From the NCBI RefSeq assembly GCF_041563495.1, contig NZ_JBFFMZ010000011.1:11108-75107 (forward strand): a stretch of 64,000 nt of DNA, in the 5' to 3' direction. This DNA comes from Sulfurimonas sp. (GTDB lineage Bacteria > Campylobacterota > Campylobacteria > Campylobacterales > Sulfurimonadaceae). The position numbers were made by a program, and so were the translations under genes. The notes beneath the pieces were generated by a model that made no database searches, was not told the origin of the DNA, and saw only the letters and a program-made list of their open reading frames with translations. Positions 27,728-37,142 of this stretch are shown here, piece by piece; within the stretch, counting starts at the first letter, position 1, and each line of letters begins with the position of its first letter.

Positions 27728-28081
27728 ATGAAATATTTTACGCTAATACTACTTTTGTCATACTCTCTTTTAGCTTGTACGGGTGACTGTTTAACATGTC
27801 ACCCGAAGCTTGTCCCTACGATAAATGAAGATTTAAGACATAAACCGATGCTTGGCTGTATAAAGTGTCACTCGGCAGAACCGAATAAGATGGCGGAGTG
27901 TGGAGATGACTGTTTTTCATGTCATCCGATCTCAAAAATCAATAAAGCAAATGTAAGAGAACATGATGTTATTCAAGGGTGTCGTGATTGTCACGTTGGA
28001 GCAGATGAGAAGATATTTGACAACTCAATCTCGTTTGAGCAATCAACAAAAGAGTCATTGAAAGATTTTTTAACTAAATAG
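27728..28081 (+). CDS. Small tetraheme c-type cytochrome (possible lipoprotein)
   Basis: 117 aa. Signal peptide ending LLAC. Four CxxCH motifs (CLTCH, CIKCH, CFSCH, CRDCH) arranged as an internal duplication. Confidence 0.7.
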   Translation: MKYFTLILLLSYSLLACTGDCLTCHPKLVPTINEDLRHKPMLGCIKCHSAEPNKMAECGDDCFSCHPISKINKANVREHDVIQGCRDCHVGADEKIFDNSISFEQSTKESLKDFLTK

Positions 28082-30067
28082 ATATGGAATGTGTCTCTCT
28101 ATGTCTTCCGGCTTTCCAATATAGTAACCTTGAGCATAATCCACATTTAATCTTTTAACCACATCTAAAATCTCTTTAGATGAAACAAACTCTGCTATAG
28201 TCTGAATATTCAGCTTATGAGCTAATCCGACGATAGTCTCAACCATAATTTGTGAATTTGTATCTCTGTCAATATTTGATATGAGTGAAGAATCTATCTT
28301 AATATAATCAATAGGCAGGTTTAGTGCATGTGAAAAGTTTGAATAACCGGACCCAAAGTCATCAAGAGCTATTTTAATACCATATGAGCGGACTTTTATA
28401 CAAAAGTCGTATACACGTTTATAATCTTTAAAATGTTCAGTTTCAAGAAGCTCGATTGTTAGGTGGTGATTGTATTCAAACTCATCAAATAATGAATAGA
28501 GCATCTGAATTGTTCTGTCATTTTCAATATCTTCCATAGATACGTTAAAAGAACAAGGAATGTCATACTTTGCAATAGTGTTTAGTGTATTGTTCACAAC
28601 TGCTTGAGTAAGTTTATGATAGACACGGTTTTGTTTTGCAACCTCAATAAATTTAAGCGGTGATATAACATTACCGTCATCTTCTATTAGTCTTGCAAGA
28701 GATTCATACTTAATACTTAGTGAAGAGTCTTGTATAGGAGCTATAGGTTGAAAGTGTGATGTAATTTTTTTATGCTCAAATGCATGCATTAATTTTTTAT
28801 GACACTCTATATCTTCTTTGTGAAGTTTTTCAAGCTCTTTATCGTCGTTAAATATGGATAATTGGACATTTCTTTTTTTAGCATCTTTTAATGCCATGTC
28901 GGCATAAGCTAACATTTTTCTCGATCCGCTAAAAGCTAAACCGGCACTCATCATGAAGTTAAATGTTTTATCTTCATATATAAAAGTCTCTCTTCTGTAT
29001 ATCTTTAAAATATCTTCTATTTTTTCCACAAAGTAGGTATTGTTGAGTCTGGTCGAGTCTTTTACGGCAATAACAAATTCATCGCCGCCTATATGGTAAA
29101 GAAGAGTGTTGTTATCATCGATTTGCGAAGCCAAAAAATCTGCAGTGAGTTTTAATGCGATATTACCGACTTCTTCTCCATAGACATCATTGAACTTTTG
29201 AAACTTATCCATATTTAGCAAAGCCATTTGTTTGAAATGGTAAATGTATGAGTCTTCGATAAGCTTATTTCTGTTTGGCAACCCGCTTAAAAAATGCGTA
29301 TAGATTTTTTGATGCAGCTCTTTTGATTTTTTAGCTATTTCTTCTTCTAAATCATCATTATATTTTAGAAGTTGAGACTGGAGTTTCTGCTGTTCTTTTT
29401 CTGCTTTTTCCGCACGAACAAGCTCTTTTTTAGATATGTTATGCAGCTCGAGCAGTTTATATACAGAAAACAGTATTAAAAGTGTAGCAAGTAAAAATGT
29501 ATACAATGTGTCTTTTTGACTATCGTTATTTGTATTTTTTAGTATCTGTATGTTTTGTTTTAAGTTGTCATCGACAAGTTTTACGAGTTTGCTCATATCA
29601 TCAGAGAATTTAAGCGTAATAGCATTAAATCCTACCAATGCATCTTGTATATCTTCATTCTCTTTGGTTCTTATAGCTTCTATTAATGACTCTTCAACTG
29701 CTTTATATCCTACCATTCTTCTTTTGATGATATCAATTACTTTGTCGATGCCTTTTACTTTGATTTTGTCATCTAATATAAAATTTTCCAGGTCATCAAG
29801 CGTTTCTTGGAGTTTGTTAAATGAAGTATATATATTATTAACTGAGTTGGTGTTTTTTAGTATTATAGCTTGAAGAATATTAGATTGATTTTTTTCTACT
29901 TCATGGTCAAGTTTAAAAGTCAATTTTGAGAGTCTTAACTGTTTATTCTCAATTTGATCAATCATAGCACTTGTTGAGTTAATACTTTTAGAACTAATAT
30001 ATAAAGAGAAAAATAAAAGAGCAAAGCTTATTATTAATGTAATATATATTTTGTTTTTAAAATGCAT
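28070..30067 (-). CDS. Membrane sensor GGDEF-EAL protein
   Basis: 665 aa. N-terminal TM helix, helical periplasmic region, second TM helix and a coiled coil. GGDEF domain (HIGGDEFVIAV). EAL domain (YESLARL, DDFGSGYSN, QGYYIGKP). Confidence 0.85.
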   Translation of the reverse strand: MHFKNKIYITLIISFALLFFSLYISSKSINSTSAMIDQIENKQLRLSKLTFKLDHEVEKNQSNILQAIILKNTNSVNNIYTSFNKLQETLDDLENFILDDKIKVKGIDKVIDIIKRRMVGYKAVEESLIEAIRTKENEDIQDALVGFNAITLKFSDDMSKLVKLVDDNLKQNIQILKNTNNDSQKDTLYTFLLATLLILFSVYKLLELHNISKKELVRAEKAEKEQQKLQSQLLKYNDDLEEEIAKKSKELHQKIYTHFLSGLPNRNKLIEDSYIYHFKQMALLNMDKFQKFNDVYGEEVGNIALKLTADFLASQIDDNNTLLYHIGGDEFVIAVKDSTRLNNTYFVEKIEDILKIYRRETFIYEDKTFNFMMSAGLAFSGSRKMLAYADMALKDAKKRNVQLSIFNDDKELEKLHKEDIECHKKLMHAFEHKKITSHFQPIAPIQDSSLSIKYESLARLIEDDGNVISPLKFIEVAKQNRVYHKLTQAVVNNTLNTIAKYDIPCSFNVSMEDIENDRTIQMLYSLFDEFEYNHHLTIELLETEHFKDYKRVYDFCIKVRSYGIKIALDDFGSGYSNFSHALNLPIDYIKIDSSLISNIDRDTNSQIMVETIVGLAHKLNIQTIAEFVSSKEILDVVKRLNVDYAQGYYIGKPEDIERHIPYLFS

Positions 30068-30077
30068 TAATACCTCT

Positions 30078-31541
30078 TTAAAACTTTGCGTCTATACTTA
30101 GATAACTGACGCTTTGTGTCGCATCTTTACTGGCTGGTTCGGCAAAATGCCATCCGCTGCCGGTATAGTTTTCATGCATGTTGATAAAACCGAGTTTACT
30201 TTGCAAGTTTTTATGAAATTTCCAGATAGCGTAAATCTCTTCTGCATGACCTCGAACAGCTAATTTGTTGTACATATCTTCTGCTCCCTGCGTCGCTGAG
30301 AACCAGTATTTACTTCCGTAGTTAAACTCTGCACCTACATTTAGAGTGTTTGTTATATCATATTTAGTACCTAGGTATACGGAGTGGCCATTACTGCTTA
30401 GCATCTCTCCTCTTGCATAGTCAGCTTCTGAAAAACCTGTTTTTCCACCGGCAGTTAATCCGGAACTGTAAGGAGCCGCAATCTGATAATCATCTATCTC
30501 CCCGTTACCATGAGGATTTGAGAGAGCAGTATGAATAAATATGGTTGCATCGCTCTGTGCCACATTTTGTATATCTAAGCCAATGCCAAATGTTACCATA
30601 TTTCCGAGAATATGTGCATCTTCGGAGCTAACATCAGGACCTAGATATGGATGGGCTTTTAAATCAAGAAGGACATTCACACCAAATGATAGTAGTGATT
30701 TTCCAAGAAAGTTGAATTTTGTATCTCCGTATAAGCCGACTATGTTAGCATTGTCAATATTTTCTCTGTTACATTGATAAGGATAGAAATTTGGTCTCAT
30801 TGTATAAGCTTTTGCAAAGATTGCTCTTAAATACGTGTCCTTTGCAAGTTTTTGGGTTCCTATGATTCCATAGCTGTTCATATCAAATACTAAAGCTGGG
30901 AACATAGAATTTCTTTGTCTGTTTTGTGCAAACTGCATCGGTGTTCCGCCCGCTGTAGGAAGTAGACCGAATGAGAAAGTAAAGGCATAATCTGAACCTT
31001 TGTTTGGACTATAGTCTATATATGCACGATCAACATCAAATGCACTTGAAGATTCAGCAGATTTGATATCACGGCTTAAGATGCAGAGTCTTTGATTAGA
31101 TTGAGTTGAATTCATATAAACCAGTCTACCATGAAAGTTTACACTCTTGTCAACTTGATAATCCATGTTTAATCTAAAACGAATAGAAGCTGCAGCGTCG
31201 AAATCTTTTGTGTACTCATCTCTTCTTTGTAGACCATTAAGCGATGCATCTGCATTGTTGTATATTTTTGTGTTTTCTCCCGCTATCTCACCTGTTGTGT
31301 AGTTCATCTTATCGAAGCGAAGAGTTAATTCAGGAGAAAAATTGATCTTGTCTAAGATGCTTTTTTTCTCTACTGCCTCCAAGATAGGGGAACTTTCTTC
31401 AATATCAGCAGAGTTCATCTTAACTTGTTCTTTTAAAAGTTTAAGTTCATTTTCAAGAGAGTTTATTTTATCTTCAATAGAATCTGAAGAAGCAAATATA
31501 ATCATGGGAATCATTAGTAGTAGAGTCTTTTTCATTATCAT
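30078..31541 (-). CDS. Putative outer-membrane beta-barrel porin with N-terminal coiled coil (DUF3373-like, from memory)
   Basis: 487 aa. Signal peptide, coiled coil DKINSLENELKLLKEQVKMN, alternating beta-strand pattern, and a C-terminal aromatic residue (..IDAKF). ATGA start/stop overlap with the upstream ORF. Confidence 0.6.
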   Translation of the reverse strand: MIMKKTLLLMIPMIIFASSDSIEDKINSLENELKLLKEQVKMNSADIEESSPILEAVEKKSILDKINFSPELTLRFDKMNYTTGEIAGENTKIYNNADASLNGLQRRDEYTKDFDAAASIRFRLNMDYQVDKSVNFHGRLVYMNSTQSNQRLCILSRDIKSAESSSAFDVDRAYIDYSPNKGSDYAFTFSFGLLPTAGGTPMQFAQNRQRNSMFPALVFDMNSYGIIGTQKLAKDTYLRAIFAKAYTMRPNFYPYQCNRENIDNANIVGLYGDTKFNFLGKSLLSFGVNVLLDLKAHPYLGPDVSSEDAHILGNMVTFGIGLDIQNVAQSDATIFIHTALSNPHGNGEIDDYQIAAPYSSGLTAGGKTGFSEADYARGEMLSSNGHSVYLGTKYDITNTLNVGAEFNYGSKYWFSATQGAEDMYNKLAVRGHAEEIYAIWKFHKNLQSKLGFINMHENYTGSGWHFAEPASKDATQSVSYLSIDAKF

Positions 31542-31825
31542 AGTCCTGGTACCATTGGTTGTTCTGAATCAGCTGCATGTTTAATTAGGTAACTCTTTAA
31601 ATCATTTCTAAGTTCTTTAGAGAGTTTGTCAAGATTGTATTTTTGCATTCTTCGTTGTGATGAAAAAATTCTTTCCCATTGTATACTTGCTTTGGTTCCT
31701 GCATATAAGTCCAGCTCAATTGCAAGTATTGCCATATCTTTAGCAAATAAAGTGGTAAACAAAGTAGAGGAGATTAAAACAGATAATATAAATTGAATGG
31801 TTTTTCTCCCCTGAATGTTATACAA
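31538..31825 (-). CDS. Small secreted hypothetical protein
   Basis: 95 aa. N-terminal signal-like helix. Translationally coupled (ATGA) to the porin gene. Confidence 0.45.
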   Translation of the reverse strand: MYNIQGRKTIQFILSVLISSTLFTTLFAKDMAILAIELDLYAGTKASIQWERIFSSQRRMQKYNLDKLSKELRNDLKSYLIKHAADSEQPMVPGL

Positions 31826-31947
31826 GTCCGGTGATTATAATATTAAGAGTGTTAAATTGCCTTTAAATCATTTCAATATAAACCTTAACCGCACTTTAAG
31901 TAATTTTTCTGTAACATTGCGGACTTAATTTTAAATAAGGATATGTC

Positions 31948-32082
31948 GTGAAAAGAACATACCAGCCTCATAATACACCGAGAAAAAGAACTCATGGTTT
32001 TAGAGCTAGAATGGCTACAAAGAATGGTCGTAACGTAATAAACCGTCGTCGTGCTAAAGGTCGTAAAAGATTGACAGTTTAG
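31948..32082 (+). CDS. rpmH: 50S ribosomal protein L34
   Basis: GTG start, 44 codons: (M)[43 protein letters not shown]. Below the ORF-track size cutoff. Confidence 0.95.
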   Translation: MKRTYQPHNTPRKRTHGFRARMATKNGRNVINRRRAKGRKRLTV

Positions 32083-32096
32083 GCGGTTTCTCTACA

Positions 32097-32420
32097 CTGA
32101 AACAACACAAAGAGTTTCAGTACATATACAAAAAAGGAAAGAACATTCACACTCAAAGTGTGGTGCTTTTCTCTCTCCCAAAGCAAACAATTCACAAAGT
32201 TGGTTTTACTGCTACTAAGAAGATTGGTAACGCAGTAAAAAGAAATAGAGCTAAAAGAAGACTCAGAGCTCTATTTTGTGAATACTCTGCATCACTACAA
32301 GACGGCACATATATTTTTGTCGCAAAACAATCAATCAATGAAGTTACACATAAACAGCTAAAAGATGACTTTGAAAAAATTCTTAGCAAGTCTAAAAGTT
32401 TTAAGGCAGATTCTCAATGA
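32097..32420 (+). CDS. rnpA: Ribonuclease P protein component (start codon uncertain)
   Basis: The track ORF starts at GTG 32160, but the in-frame upstream sequence LKQHKEFQYIYKKGKNIHTQS is the conserved RnpA N-terminus. The only start candidates are CTG 32097 and ATT 32070. Confidence 0.8.
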   Translation: MKQHKEFQYIYKKGKNIHTQSVVLFSLPKQTIHKVGFTATKKIGNAVKRNRAKRRLRALFCEYSASLQDGTYIFVAKQSINEVTHKQLKDDFEKILSKSKSFKADSQ

Positions 32421-32743
32421 TAAGAAAGTTTTTACTTAAGCTTTTATGGTTATATCAGAAGTTTTTTACGTTAATAGGCTTTGGAAGTTGTAGATACTAC
32501 CCCACTTGTAGCGAATTTGCAAGAATAAACTTTGAAAATAATTCCATTTCAAGTGCTTTTTACCACACTTTGATTAGAATACTTCGTTGTAATCAATTAT
32601 TCGACGGTGGCATAGAGTATCCATTACTCGATAAACTGTCTGTAAAGCCCGCAAAACTGGGGGTTGATTCTATAAAATATTGGTTGGTTCCAAATAAAAA
32701 AAACCGTTTTCATATAATAAAAAATTTTTCTTTTAAAGGGTAA
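32417..32743 (+). CDS. yidD: Membrane protein insertion efficiency factor YidD (with C-terminal extension)
   Basis: CRYYPTCSEFA .. RILRCNQLFDGGIEYP signature. ATGA overlap with rnpA. Confidence 0.85.
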   Translation: MIRKFLLKLLWLYQKFFTLIGFGSCRYYPTCSEFARINFENNSISSAFYHTLIRILRCNQLFDGGIEYPLLDKLSVKPAKLGVDSIKYWLVPNKKNRFHIIKNFSFKG

Positions 32744-32745
32744 TC

Positions 32746-34449
32746 GTGTTAGATAAATTGACACCAAATCAGAGACTAATGTTAGCAGTAGCATTGTCAG
32801 TAATTTTTTTCGTAGCATATACAGCTATTTTTCCACCGGTTGAGCCAGAAAATACAACGGCCAAAAAAACACAACAAGTACAAGATGTTGCTCTAAAGCA
32901 AGAGACAAAAGCACAAACTTCTACCAATATTTCAAATGTAGAACAGACTACGGGACATGCAATTTCTGAAGTAGAAAAATATGGTGCAAGTGATGTAAAT
33001 ACTATTTTAACTGTAACAAACAAAGATTTTATTTTAAAGATTGATACACTTGGTCGTATTAGTTCAAAAGAATTATTGCAGGCAAAATTTAACACTAAAG
33101 AAAATGGACATGCACAGCTAATACCTTCTACAGGGATGAAACCACTGTTTGTCAGATTTTTAGATGAGGTTTTAAATAATGAAGCTACAAGAGTTGCTTA
33201 TACTGCAAGTGTTGATAAGATAGCCTTAGACGGACAACCTCAAAAAGTAACACTGACTCAAAAACTCTCTTCGTTAGTTGTTACAAAAGAACTTACTTTT
33301 TATTCTGATGGACATTATGACGCAAAGATTTCACTTTCACAAGATAAAAGATATTTTGTATATTTAGGACAAAGACCAAAAGTAAATGAAACAGAGCAGA
33401 TGATGGCTGCAACGGGTGCTCTGGTCTATACCGATGATGAATTAGTGACTATTATAGAAGATGGAGATGCGGAAGGTAGAAAAACTTTTACGGGCGTTGA
33501 GCTGATTTCGGCATTTGATCAATATAATGCTTCTGTTATGTATGGATTTAAAAAAGATTCCAATATCATAATTGAGAGAGACAGAGATGATAATCCGGTA
33601 GTCTATTTTGATGGTACGCAAAATATGGTGTTTAACGGTTATGTAGGTCCAAAAGAGTATAAAGTACTTAAAAATATTAAACCTGTACTTACTAATGTTA
33701 TAGAGTATGGCTGGTTTACTTTTGCTTCTAAGCCGCTTTTTCAACTTTTATCTTGGTTACATGGCATCTTTGGAAACTGGGGTTGGTCAATTATTGCACT
33801 TACTCTTATGATTAGAGCAGTACTTTATCCTTTGACTTACAAAGGTATGGTCTCTATGCAAAAAATCAAAGAGATCTCTCCTAAGATTAAAGAGCTTCAA
33901 GCAAAATACAAAGGCGATCCGCAACGTATGAATGCTGCCGTCATGGATATGTATAAAAAGCACAATGCAAACCCGCTTGGCGGATGTCTGCCTATGATAC
34001 TGCAAATACCTGTTTTCTTTGCCATTTATCGTGTACTTTTAAATGCGGTTGAGCTTCAAGGTGCTCCGTGGATGTTATGGATTACAGACCTTTCTCGTAT
34101 GGATGATTACTATATTCTTCCTATTTTGATGGGTGCTTCGATGTATTTCCAACAGAGACTTACACCAAACAACTTTACTGACCCGATGCAAGAAAAAGTG
34201 TTTAAATACTTACCGGTAATTTTTACATTTTTCTTTTTAACTTTTCCATCAGGTTTAGTTCTTTACTGGTTCGTAAATAACCTTTTCTCAATTGCTCAAC
34301 AATTTATAGTAAACCAGCAATTTAAAAATGCTAAAGAAGCTGAAATAGCTGTTAGTGACCATGCACATAAGATGGAGCATAAAGAGATGGAAAAAGATAA
34401 ACTAGAAAAGAAAAATTCAAAAAAATCTACTGGAAGAAAAGATGATTAA
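32746..34449 (+). CDS. yidC: Membrane protein insertase YidC
   Basis: 567 aa, GTG start. Large periplasmic P1 domain. Conserved C-terminal core (MQKIKEISPKIKELQAKYKGDPQRMN, NPLGGCLPMILQIPVFFAIY). Confidence 0.95.
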   Translation: MLDKLTPNQRLMLAVALSVIFFVAYTAIFPPVEPENTTAKKTQQVQDVALKQETKAQTSTNISNVEQTTGHAISEVEKYGASDVNTILTVTNKDFILKIDTLGRISSKELLQAKFNTKENGHAQLIPSTGMKPLFVRFLDEVLNNEATRVAYTASVDKIALDGQPQKVTLTQKLSSLVVTKELTFYSDGHYDAKISLSQDKRYFVYLGQRPKVNETEQMMAATGALVYTDDELVTIIEDGDAEGRKTFTGVELISAFDQYNASVMYGFKKDSNIIIERDRDDNPVVYFDGTQNMVFNGYVGPKEYKVLKNIKPVLTNVIEYGWFTFASKPLFQLLSWLHGIFGNWGWSIIALTLMIRAVLYPLTYKGMVSMQKIKEISPKIKELQAKYKGDPQRMNAAVMDMYKKHNANPLGGCLPMILQIPVFFAIYRVLLNAVELQGAPWMLWITDLSRMDDYYILPILMGASMYFQQRLTPNNFTDPMQEKVFKYLPVIFTFFFLTFPSGLVLYWFVNNLFSIAQQFIVNQQFKNAKEAEIAVSDHAHKMEHKEMEKDKLEKKNSKKSTGRKDD

Positions 34450-35395
34450 GATAGAGTCTGCAACGTTAGAGGGAGCATATAAAGATGCTGCTTCTACGTT
34501 GGATTGTTCTGTAACACAGCTTAAGATAGAAGTTGTTCAATACCCAAGTAGCGGATTTTTGGGACTATTTAAAAAATCTGCAATAATTGTAGCGATTAAA
34601 GAAGCTGATTCTGAGAGTTCGGCCAAAGAAGAAAAAACTACAGAAGCATATAAATCTGAAAAATTATCAGACGAAAAACAAAAGACACAAGAAGCTAAAA
34701 AAGCAAAGTCTCAAAAGCAAAAAAAAGAAGAAAAAAAGAGTAATAAAGCAGAAGTTAAAAAAGAAACAATTAAAGAAGAAACTCACAAGCATACAATTTT
34801 AAACGATACAATCATGCCTCAATCTTTTGTCAGTACACAAGATGAGGAAGATGAAGAAGATGATGATATCACCTCTTATCTTGCTGATTATGATGATGAG
34901 TTTGATAATCCAGATAGTGAAGATTTAAAATCAACTGCAGAAATAGCAAAGATTGTTCAAGAAGACATAAATAAACTCTTCAGCTTTATATGTTTTGACA
35001 TAGATAACATAGAAGTCAGTGTTTATGATGAGAACACACTTCTAATAGAATTTAAAGGTGAAGATGCAGCACTTCTTATCGGGAAAGAAGGTTATAGATA
35101 CAAAGCACTTTCATACATGATCTTTAACTGGATAAACACAAAGTACCAGCTGCAGCTTCGTCTTGAGATAGCAGAGTTCTTGAAAAATCAAGAAGAATCG
35201 GTTTCAAGATACTTAAGCGGTGTTAAAGAGAGCGTAGATAGAGACGGCAGAGCGCAGACCAAAGTACTCGACGGTGTGCTTGTACAGATTGCTCTGAGAG
35301 AGCTTCGTGAGATTTACCCTGATAAATATGTTGCTATCCGCTCAACTCGTGATGGGCTAAAATATATCATTATAAATGATTACCACTCAAATTAA
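34442..35395 (+). CDS. Jag-like RNA-binding protein (Jag_N plus KH) with a long charged low-complexity linker
   Basis: 317 aa. Jag_N-like start (..VQYPSSGFLGLFKK..) and a KH GxxG motif (LLIGKEGYRYKAL). Sits in the yidC-jag-mnmE position. Confidence 0.7.
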   Translation: MIKIESATLEGAYKDAASTLDCSVTQLKIEVVQYPSSGFLGLFKKSAIIVAIKEADSESSAKEEKTTEAYKSEKLSDEKQKTQEAKKAKSQKQKKEEKKSNKAEVKKETIKEETHKHTILNDTIMPQSFVSTQDEEDEEDDDITSYLADYDDEFDNPDSEDLKSTAEIAKIVQEDINKLFSFICFDIDNIEVSVYDENTLLIEFKGEDAALLIGKEGYRYKALSYMIFNWINTKYQLQLRLEIAEFLKNQEESVSRYLSGVKESVDRDGRAQTKVLDGVLVQIALRELREIYPDKYVAIRSTRDGLKYIIINDYHSN

Positions 35396-35398
35396 ATC

Positions 35399-36739
35399 AT
35401 GGATAATGACACAATAAGCGCCATTGCCACAGCAAATGGCATAGGCTCTATCGCTATTATCCGCATAAGCGGAGATAGAGCTCTGGAAATTGCTAAAAAA
35501 CTTACACAAAAAAAAGAATTTTCTCCCAGATATGCAACACTAACAACTATTCATGATAAAGAAAATGAACTTATTGATGAATCTATAGTCATTTATTTTA
35601 AATCTCCGTATTCATTTACCGCCGAAGATGTAGTTGAGATTCAATGTCACGGCGGTTTTATTGTTGCGCAAAGCATACTTAAAGCTACTATAGACGCAGG
35701 AGCAAGACTTGCAAACGCAGGCGAGTTTTCAAAGCGGGCTTTTTTCAACGGCCGTATCGACTTGAGTGAAGCAGAGGCAATTGCCCAGTTGATAGAAGCT
35801 AAAAGCGAAGATGCAGCTAAGATATTGGCGCTTCAAATGAAGGGTTCACTAAAAGAATATATAGAGCAGATCAGAGATGAGATAATTCATATACTTGCAT
35901 ACTCTGAAGTAAGTATTGATTATGCAGAAGAAGATTTACCGGAGGACTTGGTTAAACAGATAGAAGCAAAGCTAAGCGAATTGAACACTTCCCTGCAATC
36001 AACTCTTATGGCATCTAAAGCCAGAGAAGGTTTGATGCAGGGCTTTAAAGTTGCTATTGTCGGAAAACCTAATGTTGGAAAAAGTTCTTTGCTTAACTCT
36101 CTTCTTAACTACAATCGTGCAATTGTGAGTGATATAGCCGGAACAACAAGAGACACGATTGAAGAGCAGGTTAAGATAGGAACGCATCTTATTCGTATAG
36201 TTGATACTGCGGGCATAAGAGAAGCAAATGATGAGATAGAGCGAATCGGGATAGAACGTTCTTTAGAAGCTATCCAAGAGTCAGACATAGTCGTAGCGCT
36301 GTTTGACAGCTCAAGAGCTATAGATGCAGAAGATGAGCAAATACTCTCGTTGATAGATGAGCATGCTAAAAATAAGCATGTGATATATGTAAAAAACAAA
36401 ATAGACTTAGAAGAGAAGTTTTTATCAAAAGATATAGATTTTGATTTGGAATTAAACTCAAAAGAGAGTGTAAACTCACTTATAAATGCCTTGCAAAATA
36501 TCATGGACAGAAGTAACAGTTCTGATGAGATAATGCTGATATCTCAAAGACAGATAATGGCAGTGCAAAATACTTTAAATAATATCGAAGAGGCACTTCT
36601 TCCACTGCAAGACCAAGAGCTTGAGATATTTTCCTTTCATCTCAATGAAGCTGTAAAAGAGATGGCATCTATAACTAGACCATTTGAAAATGATGAGATG
36701 CTAGACAAGATGTTCGGCTCTTTTTGTTTAGGAAAATAA
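35399..36739 (+). CDS. mnmE: tRNA modification GTPase MnmE
   Basis: 446 aa. G1 motif GKPNVGKSS, G3 motif DTAGIR, C-terminal FCLGK motif. Confidence 0.95.
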   Translation: MDNDTISAIATANGIGSIAIIRISGDRALEIAKKLTQKKEFSPRYATLTTIHDKENELIDESIVIYFKSPYSFTAEDVVEIQCHGGFIVAQSILKATIDAGARLANAGEFSKRAFFNGRIDLSEAEAIAQLIEAKSEDAAKILALQMKGSLKEYIEQIRDEIIHILAYSEVSIDYAEEDLPEDLVKQIEAKLSELNTSLQSTLMASKAREGLMQGFKVAIVGKPNVGKSSLLNSLLNYNRAIVSDIAGTTRDTIEEQVKIGTHLIRIVDTAGIREANDEIERIGIERSLEAIQESDIVVALFDSSRAIDAEDEQILSLIDEHAKNKHVIYVKNKIDLEEKFLSKDIDFDLELNSKESVNSLINALQNIMDRSNSSDEIMLISQRQIMAVQNTLNNIEEALLPLQDQELEIFSFHLNEAVKEMASITRPFENDEMLDKMFGSFCLGK

Positions 36740-36742
36740 CTG

Positions 36743-37141
36743 TTGAAATATATTGCAATAGATTTGGGTTTAAAGAGAATAGGTCTTGCATATTCTGCCC
36801 ATAAAGATATAGTAACTCCATTACCTGCAGTTCAAAGAAAAAACAGAAACCAGGCATCTGCCGAAGTAAAAAAAGTTCTTGATGAGTGGGAAGTAGATGC
36901 TGTAGTCATCGGTATTCCATTAGGTGGAAGTTCTGAAGATGAGATGCAAAGACGAATAGAACACTTTATGAATCTTGTTGATTTTAAAGGCGATATTTTT
37001 TATCAGGATGAGGCACAATCATCACTTGAGGCTGAAAATATGATGAAGGGTGAGATAAAGTATATTCGCGACGGGCGGATAGACTCTATCTCAGCTATGA
37101 TTATTTTACAGAGGTATCTACTTACTATTAAAAATAGATAA
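36743..37141 (+). CDS. ruvX: Holliday-junction-resolvase-like pre-16S rRNA nuclease YqgF/RuvX
   Basis: TTG start. N-terminus KYIAIDLGLKRIGLA is typical of YqgF. Confidence 0.85.
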   Translation: MKYIAIDLGLKRIGLAYSAHKDIVTPLPAVQRKNRNQASAEVKKVLDEWEVDAVVIGIPLGGSSEDEMQRRIEHFMNLVDFKGDIFYQDEAQSSLEAENMMKGEIKYIRDGRIDSISAMIILQRYLLTIKNR

Positions 37142-37142
37142 A

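Noticed and set aside
31826-31947. Possible oriC next to rpmH
   Set aside because: No dnaA gene lies in the window. I could not find clustered DnaA-box-like 9-mers (TTATCCACA or close variants) in the spacer, only a generic AT-rich promoter region.
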